64,000 nt of DNA from Planctomycetota bacterium. Its GTDB lineage: Bacteria; Planctomycetota; UBA1135; UBA2386. This document shows positions 9,824-19,190 of this stretch, one piece after another. The notes under the pieces are model-generated. The model ran no database searches. It saw only the letters and a program-made list of their open reading frames with translations, and was not told where the DNA came from. The stretch spans positions 6,176,001 through 6,240,000 of the forward strand of contig JBKAGP010000001.1 in assembly GCA_046290465.1 (NCBI GenBank), in the 5' to 3' direction. Made by a program: the position numbers and the translations under genes. How positions within the stretch are numbered: position 1 is the stretch's first letter; every line of letters begins with the position of its first letter.

Positions 9824-11557
9824 ATGACCGCCCGCCTTCTCGTCCGCCTCGCCGTATGTCTGGGGTTCGCCGCCTCGGCGCTGGCCCAGGCTCCGCACCC
9901 CTCGCCGCGTCGCGCGCAGGCGCCGCCGCGCCTGCTCGATGCGCTTTCGGTGCGCAGTGGGGCAGTCGCGAAGCTCACGTTCGACCCGGCGGTCGACCGC
10001 TCGCTGGAGCTCGACCTCGGCGGGGTCCGGCGCCGGCTGGTGGTCGCACCGCACGACCTGCGCGGTCCCGACTACCAACTGCTCGAGCGCCGCGGCGGCG
10101 CGCTGGTGCCGGTCGAGGCCGGGCCGACGACGACCTTCCGCGGCGCGATCGACGGCCGTCCCGGCAGCCGGGTCGCCCTGCACGTCGACGCCGGCTCGAT
10201 CCGTGCGCTGGTCGTCGACGGCGACCGCAGCTGGGCGGTGCAGCCGCTGCGCGACGTCGACGATGCCGCCGATCCGTCGCTGCACGTCGTCTACCGCGGT
10301 GCCGACGTGCAGCAGGGCTTCGGCCACTGCGGCGTCGCGGCGCTTGCCGCCGGCGCCGGCACGACCGTGCAGCCCGACTCGGTCTACGAGTGCGAGCTGG
10401 CGCTCGAGGCCGACCACGCGCTGTTCCTTCTCAACACCAGCAACACGCTGGCGACCCAGAACGAGGTGCTCGGCGTGCTCAACGCCGTCGACGTGATCTT
10501 CCAGAACGACCTGACCGTCACGTTCCAGGTGCCGCAGCTGGTCGTCGACGTGACGCCGGATCCGTACACGACCAGCGTCGCGAGCCAGCTGCTCGGAGAG
10601 CTGCAGACCGCGTGGAACACGACCTACGCGGCGGTCCCGCGCGACGTCGTGCACCTGTTCAGCGGCCGCGCGATCGGCGCCGCGAGCGGTGGCACGGTCG
10701 GCTTCGCGTACGACGCGACGGTCTGCGATCCAGCCAACGCCTACGGCCTGTCCGAGACCCGCTGGAGTGCCAACTTCGCGCTGCGCGCCGGCCTCGTCGC
10801 GCACGAACTCGGCCACAACTTCGGCGCCAGCCACTGCGACCTGACGCCGGCCTGCAGCCTGATGTGTTCGGCCATCGGCCAGTGCTCCGGCGTGACCGCG
10901 TCGTTCGGCGCGACCGCGGTGGGGGAGATGCAGGCCTACCTGCAGTCGGTCGGCTGCCTGACGGTGGTGCCGACGGTGCCGCAGATCAGCAGCGCCAGTC
11001 CGGCGCTGGTCGCGACGGTGGCGCCGCCGATGGTGACGCTGGGCGGCAGCGGCTTCCTCGGCACGACGACGGTGACCATCGGCGGCCAGCCGCTGGTCGG
11101 CGGGTTCACGGTGCTGAGCGACACCCAGCTCTGCTTCACGCCGCCGGCGGGGCTGCCGCTCGGCGTGCAGATGGCGACCGTCAGCAATCCTGCCGGCACC
11201 AGCAACGCGACGTTCCTGGTCTACCAGGCGTCGGATCCGTGCCAGCTGGTGGTGCCCGACATCACGCAGGCGAACGCCCCGTTCACGTGGCGTCTGGGCG
11301 GCTGGCCCAACGGCACCGGCTACCTCGGGGTCAGCCTGGTCGATTCCAACGTGCCGCTGCAGGGCTTTCCGGTGCTGAGCCAGTTCTTGACGCTTTGGTC
11401 GGGCCCGCTCGACGCGCGCGGCATGGCCACGGTCACGGTGCCGCAGGTGCCGGCGCTGTTGAGCGGCTTTCCGTTCTACTCGCAGCTGATCGACGGGGTG
11501 ACCGGTACCGGCACGGTGCGCAGCGCGTCGCTGGTGTATCGCACGTTGGTTCTCTGA
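9824..11557 (+). CDS. Exported reprolysin-like (M12) zinc metallopeptidase with IPT/TIG domain
   Basis: Signal peptide; HELGHNFGASH metzincin motif followed by Met-turn LM; PQISSASP...VTLGGSGF IPT/TIG pattern. Confidence 0.85.
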   Translation: MTARLLVRLAVCLGFAASALAQAPHPSPRRAQAPPRLLDALSVRSGAVAKLTFDPAVDRSLELDLGGVRRRLVVAPHDLRGPDYQLLERRGGALVPVEAGPTTTFRGAIDGRPGSRVALHVDAGSIRALVVDGDRSWAVQPLRDVDDAADPSLHVVYRGADVQQGFGHCGVAALAAGAGTTVQPDSVYECELALEADHALFLLNTSNTLATQNEVLGVLNAVDVIFQNDLTVTFQVPQLVVDVTPDPYTTSVASQLLGELQTAWNTTYAAVPRDVVHLFSGRAIGAASGGTVGFAYDATVCDPANAYGLSETRWSANFALRAGLVAHELGHNFGASHCDLTPACSLMCSAIGQCSGVTASFGATAVGEMQAYLQSVGCLTVVPTVPQISSASPALVATVAPPMVTLGGSGFLGTTTVTIGGQPLVGGFTVLSDTQLCFTPPAGLPLGVQMATVSNPAGTSNATFLVYQASDPCQLVVPDITQANAPFTWRLGGWPNGTGYLGVSLVDSNVPLQGFPVLSQFLTLWSGPLDARGMATVTVPQVPALLSGFPFYSQLIDGVTGTGTVRSASLVYRTLVL

Positions 11558-11592
11558 GCTGGGGTTCTCTGAGCTGGGGTTCTCTGTGCTGG
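11548..11592. repeat. 15-bp tandem repeat x3 (GGTTCTCTGAGCTGG) spanning the stop codon
   Basis: Directly visible; third copy has one mismatch. Confidence 0.9.
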
Positions 11593-11986
11593 GGGCCTTT
11601 GCGTCGCGGCTTCGGAGCCGGGGCCTCCGATCGTGATTCCCCGATCGTGACCATCTGCGCCCCGGGTGTGCGACCGACGGTTCAGACCCGCGGCGGGGCG
11701 GTCCGGATCCGCCAGCGCGGCGGGGCGACCTCGGCTGCTTCGTCACGGCGCGGCAGCAACTCTGGGCGGGAGGCAGAACGGGAATCCAGCGGGACTTCTG
11801 CAGGTCGGCTCATGATGGTCGGGCCCCGGAAGCGAGGCGTTCCCCTTCCCGTGGCGCCGACGGGGGCAACCGAGACCATTCCGTTACGTGGGCAATCGGC
11901 GCGCTCTGCGTAACCGGCACCTATCGTGGGCCTCACGACGTTCGTGGCTGTCCCCCGATCGTCCGTAACGACAATCCTCAGGAGTC

Positions 11987-12823
11987 ATGATGAAGATCCG
12001 TATCGCTTCCACCCTGCTCGCGCTGGCGCTTCCCCTGGTCGCCCAAGAGCCCGCCTCGTCGCAGGTCGAGGCGGTCTTCTACAAGGCCTACTACCTCGAA
12101 AAGGGCCAGCGTGACTTCGCCGGCGCCATGGCGCTCTACCAGCAGTTCCTGGAGAAGGCCCCGAGCCACAAGCTGGCCAAGGAAGCCGCCAAGCAGCAGT
12201 TCCGCCTGCTGGACCGCACCGGCAAGTCCAAGGAGCGCGACGCGTTCCAGGCCAAGTACAAGGAACTGATCGGCAACATGACGGCCGGCTCGTCGCGTCC
12301 GGCGCGTCCCGATCGCGGCGAAGGCGGCGACCGCGCGGAGCGCGGCGGCCGTGAGCGCGGCGGCTTCGGTGGCCGTGGCGGCCGCGGTGGCGGCATGCGC
12401 GGCGTGATGCAGCTGATGCGCGGCGACGCCAAGGTGTCGGAGATGTCGAAGGAGCAGCTTGAGCAGCTCAAGGAAGGCGTCGCGGGCGCCGAAGGCATGA
12501 TCGACCGGATGCGTCAGTTCGTCGGCGAAGAGGCCGCGGCCAAGATGGAGAAGGCGACGGCCGACCTCAAGAAGGCGCTCGAAGCCGGCAAGATGGAGGA
12601 CGCCGACAAGGCCCTCAACGCGCTGAAGGAAGCGTTCCCGACGCGCGGTGGCCGTGGTCGCCGTGGCGACCAGGGTGGCCGTGGCCGAGGCCGCGGCGGT
12701 GAAGAAGGCGGCGCCGGTGGCCGTGGCCGTCAGGGTCGCGGCGGCGAAGGCCGCGGTCGCCAGGGTCGCGGTGGCGGCGCCGGTGGCGGCAGCAACAACG
12801 GTGGCGGCGGCGGCGGCAACTGA
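11987..12823 (+). CDS. Exported protein with TPR-like helix pair and Gly/Arg-rich low-complexity regions
   Basis: AGGAG RBS, signal peptide, DFAGAMALYQQFLEKAP, multiple RGGRG tracts. Confidence 0.8.
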   Translation: MMKIRIASTLLALALPLVAQEPASSQVEAVFYKAYYLEKGQRDFAGAMALYQQFLEKAPSHKLAKEAAKQQFRLLDRTGKSKERDAFQAKYKELIGNMTAGSSRPARPDRGEGGDRAERGGRERGGFGGRGGRGGGMRGVMQLMRGDAKVSEMSKEQLEQLKEGVAGAEGMIDRMRQFVGEEAAAKMEKATADLKKALEAGKMEDADKALNALKEAFPTRGGRGRRGDQGGRGRGRGGEEGGAGGRGRQGRGGEGRGRQGRGGGAGGGSNNGGGGGGN

Positions 12824-12942
12824 GCTCCGACGACCGTTCCGCTCGAACGGCCGCGCGCGGTGGGCATCGCCCCTGCGCGCGGCCGTTCTGCGTACCGCGG
12901 GTGCGGCTGGCGCCGGCGCGGTGGATCGGCGAGCATGACGAC

Positions 12943-14514
12943 GTGGCGCCAAAGACGATCGATCCGGTCCAGCTCGAGGTGTTCCATCACCTGCTCGGCG
13001 CCTACTGCGAGGAGGCCGGCGCGAGGCTGCGGCTGAGCGCGATCAGCCCCAACATCCGCGAACGCGCCGACTACTCGGTCGCGGTGTTCGACCGCGATGG
13101 TCGACTGGTCGCACAGGCCGCCCACATTCCGGTGCACCTCGGCAGCGCGGGCGACGCCGTGCGCGCGGTGCGCGAACAGCTCGACCTGGTCGACGGCGAC
13201 GTCGCGATCCTCAACGATCCCTACTGCGGCGGCACCCACCTGCCCGACGTGACGATGGTGCGCCCGGTGTTCGTTGGCGGCGCGCGCCGCGCCGAGTGGT
13301 TCGTCGTCAACCGCGCCCACCACGCCGACATCGGCGGCGCGACGCCCGGCTCGATGGGCATCGCGCGCGACCTGTTCGCCGAAGGCCTGGTGCTGCCGCC
13401 GGTCCACTTCCGCCGTCGCGGCGACCTGCAGCGGGACCTGCTGCGACTGTTGTCGCGCAACGTGCGCGGCGCCGAAGAACGGCTGGTCGACCTGCGTGCG
13501 CAGGAGGCGAGCCTGACGCAGCTCGGCCAGCGATTGCTCGCGCTCGTCGACCAGCACGGCCTCGGCACCGTGCGTCGCACGACCGCCGCGTTGATGGACT
13601 ACAGCGAACGGTCCGGCCGTGCGATGCTGCGGCAGCTGCCGCGCGGCACGTTCCGCGCGCAGGACGCGCTCGACGACGACGGCCTCGGCAACGGCCCGCT
13701 CGCGATCGACCTGCGGCTGACGATCGCGCGCGATCGCGCGACGTTCGACTGGACCGGCACCTGCGACCAGGCAGAGGGCGGGGTCAACGCCAACCGCGGC
13801 ATCGCGATGGCCGCCTGCGTCTACGCGATCCGCTGCCTGTGCCCCGGCCGCCTGCCGACGAACGAAGGGCTGTTCCGGCTGCTGCGGCTGGTCACGCGAC
13901 CGGGCAGCATGGTCGACCCGCGCTCGCCGGCGCCGGTCGCCGGCGGCAACGTCGAGACCAGCCAGCGGCTGGTCGACACCGCCTTCCAGGCGCTGGCGGC
14001 GGCAGCGCCCGAGCGCGTGCCGGCGGCGTCGGCCGGCACCATGAGCAACCTGACGTTCGGCGGCTTGACCCGCGACGGCCGCGAGTTCGCCAGCTACGAG
14101 ACGCTGCCCGGCGGCGCCGGCGCCAGCGGCATGGCCGGCGGCCAGTCGGCGATCCAGACCCACATGACCAACACCCGCAACACCCCGATCGAAGAACTCG
14201 AACAGCGCGCGCCGCTGCGGGTGCGGGCGCTGTCGGTGCGCCGCGGCAGCGGCGGCCGCGGCGCGCGCCGCGGCGGCGACGGCCTGGTCAAGGAGGTCGA
14301 GGTGCTCGAGCCGCTGCACGGCGCGTTCCTCGGCGAACGCCAGCTAAGCGGTCCGCCGGGCGCGGCCGGCGGGCGGCCCGGCAAGCCCGGACGGCTGCAC
14401 GTCGAGCGCGGCGGCCGGCGCACGCGGCTGCCGGCGAAGACCAGCTTCGATCTGGCGGCGGGGGACGTCGTCATCGTCGAGACTCCGGGAGGAGGAGGCC
14501 ATGGCAAGGACTAG
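12943..14514 (+). CDS. Hydantoinase B/oxoprolinase family protein
   Basis: IDPVQLEVF, SPNIRERADYS, HIPVHLGS, NDPYCGGTHLPD, HMTNTRNTPIE, ETPGGGG; GTG start at 12943 chosen. Confidence 0.9.
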   Translation: MAPKTIDPVQLEVFHHLLGAYCEEAGARLRLSAISPNIRERADYSVAVFDRDGRLVAQAAHIPVHLGSAGDAVRAVREQLDLVDGDVAILNDPYCGGTHLPDVTMVRPVFVGGARRAEWFVVNRAHHADIGGATPGSMGIARDLFAEGLVLPPVHFRRRGDLQRDLLRLLSRNVRGAEERLVDLRAQEASLTQLGQRLLALVDQHGLGTVRRTTAALMDYSERSGRAMLRQLPRGTFRAQDALDDDGLGNGPLAIDLRLTIARDRATFDWTGTCDQAEGGVNANRGIAMAACVYAIRCLCPGRLPTNEGLFRLLRLVTRPGSMVDPRSPAPVAGGNVETSQRLVDTAFQALAAAAPERVPAASAGTMSNLTFGGLTRDGREFASYETLPGGAGASGMAGGQSAIQTHMTNTRNTPIEELEQRAPLRVRALSVRRGSGGRGARRGGDGLVKEVEVLEPLHGAFLGERQLSGPPGAAGGRPGKPGRLHVERGGRRTRLPAKTSFDLAAGDVVIVETPGGGGHGKD

Positions 14515-14926
14515 GAGGATGTTCTCGCTGTCGGTGCTGCTCGCTGCGGCGTGCAGCTCACCGGGCTACAGTCCGTTCCCGCTCGACCTCGGTGACGAGC
14601 TGCCCGAGGACGCGTTCGCGCGCTGCCGCGAGGTGCTGCTGCGTCGCTACGAGACGCTGACCCGTTCGGACGCCGACGGCTTCCTGCTGCAGACCGACTG
14701 GGCGGCCAGCCAGGATCCGCCGGGCGAACGGCGCGCGTCGGTGTTCCGCGACCCCGTGGTCGACGGCAGCCTGTCGGTGGTCGTCGAGCTGCGCCGCGTC
14801 AAGCTGCCGATGTTCGGGTTGCCCGGGTGGACCGAGCCGCGCGGCGATCCCGCCGCCGAACGCGAACTGGCCGAGGTGCTGCGCGAGGCGCTGGCCGACC
14901 CGGAGCCGATCGGGTTCTCGAAGTAG
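14501..14926 (+). CDS. Putative lipoprotein
   Basis: Lipobox-like LLAAACSS; GGAGG upstream; overlaps hydantoinase B stop. Confidence 0.7.
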   Translation: MARTRRMFSLSVLLAAACSSPGYSPFPLDLGDELPEDAFARCREVLLRRYETLTRSDADGFLLQTDWAASQDPPGERRASVFRDPVVDGSLSVVVELRRVKLPMFGLPGWTEPRGDPAAERELAEVLREALADPEPIGFSK

Positions 14927-14949
14927 GCACGCGCGGTCGGTGCGACGCC

Positions 14950-16050
14950 TCAGGCGGGTGGCCCGGCCAGCGCCAGCGCGCGGGCCAGCTGGCCGTCCGG
15001 GTCGCGGCGGCGACGCGCGCGTTCGACCAGGCGCACGGCGGCCGGCTCGCGGCCGCGCAGCTCCAGCAGGCGGGCGCGCGCCAGCACCAGCGCCGCGCGG
15101 GGGACGTCGGCGCAGCGACGCGCGCGCCGCAGCGCCTCGGTCGCGGCGGGCGCGTCGCGCTCGACGCAGCAGCACTCGAACAACCACAGCCAGCCGGCGG
15201 CGCGATCGGGCTGCAGCTCGACGGCGGTGCGCAGCAGTTCCCGCGGCGTCGGCGGGCGCCGCGGCCGGCGCCGCAGCCACGGCTGCAGCGCGCGCCGCAC
15301 GGCCAGCGTCGACGGCTGCACCGGGAAGCGCTGCGCCAGCCGCCGCAGCCGGTCGAGCCGCGCCGGCAGGTCCAGTGTCGGTGGCGCGTCGAGTTCGTGC
15401 ACGGCGTGCCGCACCCGCAGCAGATCGGCGGCGAGGCCGACCATCGCTTCGGCGGTGCGCGCCTGCCAGAACCGTCGGCGGTCCTCGTCCCAGCCGAGCC
15501 GGGCGGCGAGTTCGTCGAGTTGCCGGCGCAGCCGGCGGCGGCCGAGCCCGGCCCGGCGGGCGGACTCGGCGACGTTGGCTCGGCCGTTGTGCAGCGGCAC
15601 CAGCGGCGGCAGCTCGACGCCCGGCAGGCAGGTCGGCTCGGTAGCTGCGGATGGCTCGGCGACTTCGGATGGCTCGGTGATCCCGGGTGGCTCGGCGATC
15701 CCCGACGGCTCTGCGATCCAGGTCGCCTCGGCGGTCCCCGACGGTTCGTCGAGCAGCGGCTGGCAGCGTCGCTGGTGCCGGCGCAGGCCGTACAGGGTGC
15801 GTTCGGTGACCTGCATCCAGCGGGCGTGGCGGTCGCGTTCGGGCATCGCGACGATCTCGCTCGCGTGCGTCAGGCAGTCGACGGACAGCTCCTGGACGAC
15901 GTCGTCGCGCAGCTGCGCCAGCTGCGCGGCAGGGATCGCCTTCCAGGCGCCGATGCGGCGCAGCACCCCGGGCAGCAGCCGGCTCTCGAAGCCGGCGAGC
16001 AGCGACAGGGCCCGGTTGCGGTCGGAATCGGTGGGGCGGGGCTCGCTCAT
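14950..16050 (-). CDS. Hypothetical protein, possible divergent ECF sigma-like protein with C-terminal TPR
   Basis: RDDVVQEL...RWMQVTERTLYGLRR (sigma2-like), NVAESARRAGLGRRRLRRQL (HTH), LRTAVELQPDRAAGWLWL (TPR-like). Confidence 0.55.
   Translation of the reverse strand: MSEPRPTDSDRNRALSLLAGFESRLLPGVLRRIGAWKAIPAAQLAQLRDDVVQELSVDCLTHASEIVAMPERDRHARWMQVTERTLYGLRRHQRRCQPLLDEPSGTAEATWIAEPSGIAEPPGITEPSEVAEPSAATEPTCLPGVELPPLVPLHNGRANVAESARRAGLGRRRLRRQLDELAARLGWDEDRRRFWQARTAEAMVGLAADLLRVRHAVHELDAPPTLDLPARLDRLRRLAQRFPVQPSTLAVRRALQPWLRRRPRRPPTPRELLRTAVELQPDRAAGWLWLFECCCVERDAPAATEALRRARRCADVPRAALVLARARLLELRGREPAAVRLVERARRRRDPDGQLARALALAGPPA
15632..15719. repeat. Imperfect 18-bp coding repeats (xAEPSx linker)
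   Basis: GGCTCGG core recurring every 18 bp; encodes IAEPSG/IAEPPG/ITEPSE/VAEPSA/ATEPT on the minus strand. Confidence 0.75.
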
Positions 16051-16116
16051 TCCAACCTTGGGTGGTGTTCCGGGGGCAACTCGTTATGCTCGCCGCCCTT
16101 TTCCGCTGCGCGAACC

Positions 16117-17403
16117 ATGCCCACAACCTGTGTCGTAGGCATCCTCTGGGGTGACGAAGGCAAGGGCAAAGTCATCGACTACCTGGCCGCCGAGACCGAC
16201 TACGTCGTCCGTTTCGGAGGTGGCCACAACGCTGGCCACACGCTCGTCCTGCCGCCGTCCGTCGCTGGTGACGGCAAGCTCGTCCTGCACCTGGTGCCGT
16301 CCGGCATCGTGCACCCGCACACCGTCAACGTGATCGGCAACGGCGTCGTCGTCGACCCGATCCACCTGTGCGAGGAGGTCGCGATGCTGCACCAGCGCGG
16401 CCTCGACGTCGAACTCGGGCGCAACCTGCTGATCAGCGAACGGGCACACGTGATCCTCGCGGCGCACCGCCGTCAGGACCAGTGGGCCGAGAAGGTCCGC
16501 GGCAGCGGCCGCATCGGCACGACCGGTCGCGGCATCGGTCCGGCCTACAGCGACCGCTGCGCGCGCGTCGGCCTGCGGGTCGGCGACCTGTGTCGCCCCG
16601 AAGCGCTGAAGAAGGCGCTGACCGGCCTCGCCGAGCAGAAGAACGCGCTGTTCGAGCCGGCCGGCATCGAGCCGCTCGACTGCGCGCAGATGTTCGACGA
16701 GCTGTGCGCGGCGGGCGAGAAGCTGAAGCCGGGCATCGTCGACGCCGGCAAGACGCTGCGCGACGCGCGGCTGGCCGGCAAGCGCATCCTGCTCGAGGGC
16801 GCGCAGGGCTGCCTGCTCGACGTCGAACACGGCACCTACCCGTTCGTGACCAGCTCGCACGCGAGCACCGGCGGCGCGTTCAGCGGCACCGGCATGCCGC
16901 CGCACGCGATGCGCACGATCGGCATCGTCAAGGCGTACGCGACCCGCGTCGGCGAGGGGCCGTTCCCGACCGAGCTGCACGACGCGACCGGCGATGCGCT
17001 GCGCAAGGCCGGCAACGAGTACGGGTCGACGACCGGCCGGCCGCGTCGCTGCGGCTGGTTCGACGCGGTGGCGGTGCGCTACTCGGGTGCGGTGTCGGGC
17101 GTCGACGAGCTGGTGCTGACCTGCTTCGACGTGATGCGCGGCTTCCCGCTGCGCATGGCGACGTCGTACCGGCTGCCCGACGGCAGCACCACGACCGACC
17201 TGCCGGCGTTCGACCTCGAGGGGGTCGAGCCGCAGTTCACCGAGCTGCCCGGGTTCGACGAGGACATCTGCGACGTGCGCGACTACGCCGCGCTGCCGCA
17301 GACGGCGCGCGACTACGTCGCCGCGATCGAGCAGCACACCGGCCTGCGGGTCGGCACCATCTCGGTCGGCCCTGGTCGCGACCAGGTCATCCGCCGGGAC
17401 TAG
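16117..17403 (+). CDS. purA: Adenylosuccinate synthetase
   Basis: WGDEGKGK, GGHNAGHT, IGTTGRGIGPAY, EGAQG, HGTYPFVTSS, EYGSTTGRPRRCGWFD. Confidence 0.97.
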   Translation: MPTTCVVGILWGDEGKGKVIDYLAAETDYVVRFGGGHNAGHTLVLPPSVAGDGKLVLHLVPSGIVHPHTVNVIGNGVVVDPIHLCEEVAMLHQRGLDVELGRNLLISERAHVILAAHRRQDQWAEKVRGSGRIGTTGRGIGPAYSDRCARVGLRVGDLCRPEALKKALTGLAEQKNALFEPAGIEPLDCAQMFDELCAAGEKLKPGIVDAGKTLRDARLAGKRILLEGAQGCLLDVEHGTYPFVTSSHASTGGAFSGTGMPPHAMRTIGIVKAYATRVGEGPFPTELHDATGDALRKAGNEYGSTTGRPRRCGWFDAVAVRYSGAVSGVDELVLTCFDVMRGFPLRMATSYRLPDGSTTTDLPAFDLEGVEPQFTELPGFDEDICDVRDYAALPQTARDYVAAIEQHTGLRVGTISVGPGRDQVIRRD

Positions 17404-17453
17404 ACGAGGTCCATCGACAGCGGCCATGGAGCAGCGGCCATGAAGAGGTGGCG

Positions 17454-18179
17454 ATGAAGAAGCACGAGGCGGACGAACTGGTCGTGCCGAAGAGCGTCGC
17501 CGTCATCATGGACGGCAACGGGCGCTGGGCGAAGCGCGCCGGCTTCGAGCGCATCCGCGGCCACGAGAAGGGCATCGACGCGGTGCGCACGACGGTCACC
17601 GAGTGCGCCCGGCTCGGCGTCGAGGCGCTGGTGCTCTACGCGTTCTCGGAGGAGAACTGGGCGCGGCCGAAGCGCGAGATCGACATGCTGTTCAAGCTGT
17701 TGAAGCGCTTCCTGGTCGACGAGCGCGACACGCTGATGGACAACGACGTGCAGCTCCTGCACAGCGGCCGTCGCGAACGGTTGGCCGACGACGTGCGCGA
17801 CCTGCTCGACGAGACCATCGAGCTGACCCGCGCCAACACCGGCATGAAGCTGTCGCTGGCGATCAGCTACGGCGCGCGCCAGGAGCTGGTCGACGGCATC
17901 CGCAAGATCGCCGCCCGCGTGCAGCGCGGTGAGCTGGCGCCGGAAGCGATCGACGAGCAGACGGTGCACGACGCGCTCTACCAGCCGTCGCTGCCCGACC
18001 CCGACATCCTGATCCGCACGGCGGGGGAGATGCGCGTCAGCAACTTCCTGCTGTGGCAGATCAGCTACGCCGAGATCCACGTCAGCGACGTCTGCTGGCC
18101 GGAGTTCGGCGCGGAGCAGCTGCAGCAGGCGTTCCGCGACTACGGCCGCCGCATCCGCAAGTTCGGGAAGGTGCTCTGA
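17454..18179 (+). CDS. uppS: Undecaprenyl diphosphate synthase
   Basis: IMDGNGRWA, YAFSEENWARP, PDILIRTAGEMRVSNFLLWQISYAE. Confidence 0.97.
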   Translation: MKKHEADELVVPKSVAVIMDGNGRWAKRAGFERIRGHEKGIDAVRTTVTECARLGVEALVLYAFSEENWARPKREIDMLFKLLKRFLVDERDTLMDNDVQLLHSGRRERLADDVRDLLDETIELTRANTGMKLSLAISYGARQELVDGIRKIAARVQRGELAPEAIDEQTVHDALYQPSLPDPDILIRTAGEMRVSNFLLWQISYAEIHVSDVCWPEFGAEQLQQAFRDYGRRIRKFGKVL

Positions 18180-19030
18180 TGGCCAGCGACCTCGGCACCC
18201 GCGCGGTGCTCGCGCCGACGATGCTGTTGATCATCGGCGGCATCTACTGGCTCGACCTCGCCGGCACGCTCGGCGTCAAGGAGGGCGCGCTGTCCGCCGG
18301 CCTGCTCGGCCTGCTCGGCATCGGCGGCGCCTGGGAGTTCGCGACCCTGCTGCGCAGCGCCGGCTTCGCGGTCGGCAAGCGCACGCTGCTGGTCGCGACC
18401 ACGCTGCTGCTGGTCAGCGCGTTCGCGTTCGGCTGGGCGGAGCTCGACCACGAGCTGTACCCGCTGGTCGCCGGAACGTTGCTGCTGCTGTTCCCGCTGG
18501 CGCTGCGCTCGCTCGGCCGCGACGACATGCACCACGGCCTCGAACGGCAGGGCGCCACGCTGCTCGGGTTCATCATGGTCGCGTGGCCGATGTACCTGGC
18601 GATGGGCACCTGCTTCCGCTGCCTGCCGTCGCTGCTCTACGTGGTGTTGATCTGCAAGGGCGGCGACATCGGCGGCTACTGCGTCGGCCGCCTGCTCGGC
18701 CGCCATAAGCTGATCCCGCACATCAGCCCCGGCAAGACCATCGAGGGCGCGCTCGGCAGCCTCGGCACGTCGGTGCTGCTGGCCTGGCTGCTCAACGAGC
18801 CGATGCTCGGCGAACGGCTCGACCTGCCCGTCTGGGGGGCGCTGCTGACCGGCGTCGTGCTGAACTTCACCACCCAGACCGGCGACCTGATCGAGTCGCT
18901 GCTGAAGCGCCGCTGCAACGCCAAGGACAGCTCGACCCTGCTGCCGGCCCACGGCGGCATCCTCGACCTCGTCGACAGCCTGCTGTTCTCGTTCTGCGCC
19001 TGGTTCCTGGTGCTGGTCCGGCTGACGTGA
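18179..19030 (+). CDS. cdsA: Phosphatidate cytidylyltransferase
   Basis: Multi-TM; ISPGKTIEG, GDLIESLLKR..NAKDSSTLLPAHGGILDLVDS; TGATG coupling to uppS. Confidence 0.95.
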   Translation: MASDLGTRAVLAPTMLLIIGGIYWLDLAGTLGVKEGALSAGLLGLLGIGGAWEFATLLRSAGFAVGKRTLLVATTLLLVSAFAFGWAELDHELYPLVAGTLLLLFPLALRSLGRDDMHHGLERQGATLLGFIMVAWPMYLAMGTCFRCLPSLLYVVLICKGGDIGGYCVGRLLGRHKLIPHISPGKTIEGALGSLGTSVLLAWLLNEPMLGERLDLPVWGALLTGVVLNFTTQTGDLIESLLKRRCNAKDSSTLLPAHGGILDLVDSLLFSFCAWFLVLVRLT

Positions 19031-19091
19031 GGCAGGTTTCCCCGCCGCCGGGATCGGCGCGGGGGCGACGGTCGCGCGCGGCGGGCCGGGT

Positions 19092-19122
19092 GGCGCAGGC
19101 TGAACCGGGTTCGGTATGCGGT
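19092..19122. repeat. Half copy of REP-like palindromic element
   Basis: GGCGCAGGCTGAACCGGGTTCGGTATGCGGT matches the right arm of the element at 44958-45032 with 2 mismatches. Confidence 0.75.
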
Positions 19123-19190
19123 GGTCGGTTCTCGGTTCTGGGGGGAGTTGGGGTTCCACCAGCGGCGGCCGCACTTAGACTCCGCGCCAG

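Noticed and set aside
14827..16116. Long N-terminal extension on PurA (also apparent on LeuB, UppS and HldE in the ORF track)
   Set aside because: Artefact of longest-ORF start choice; family motifs begin at downstream starts
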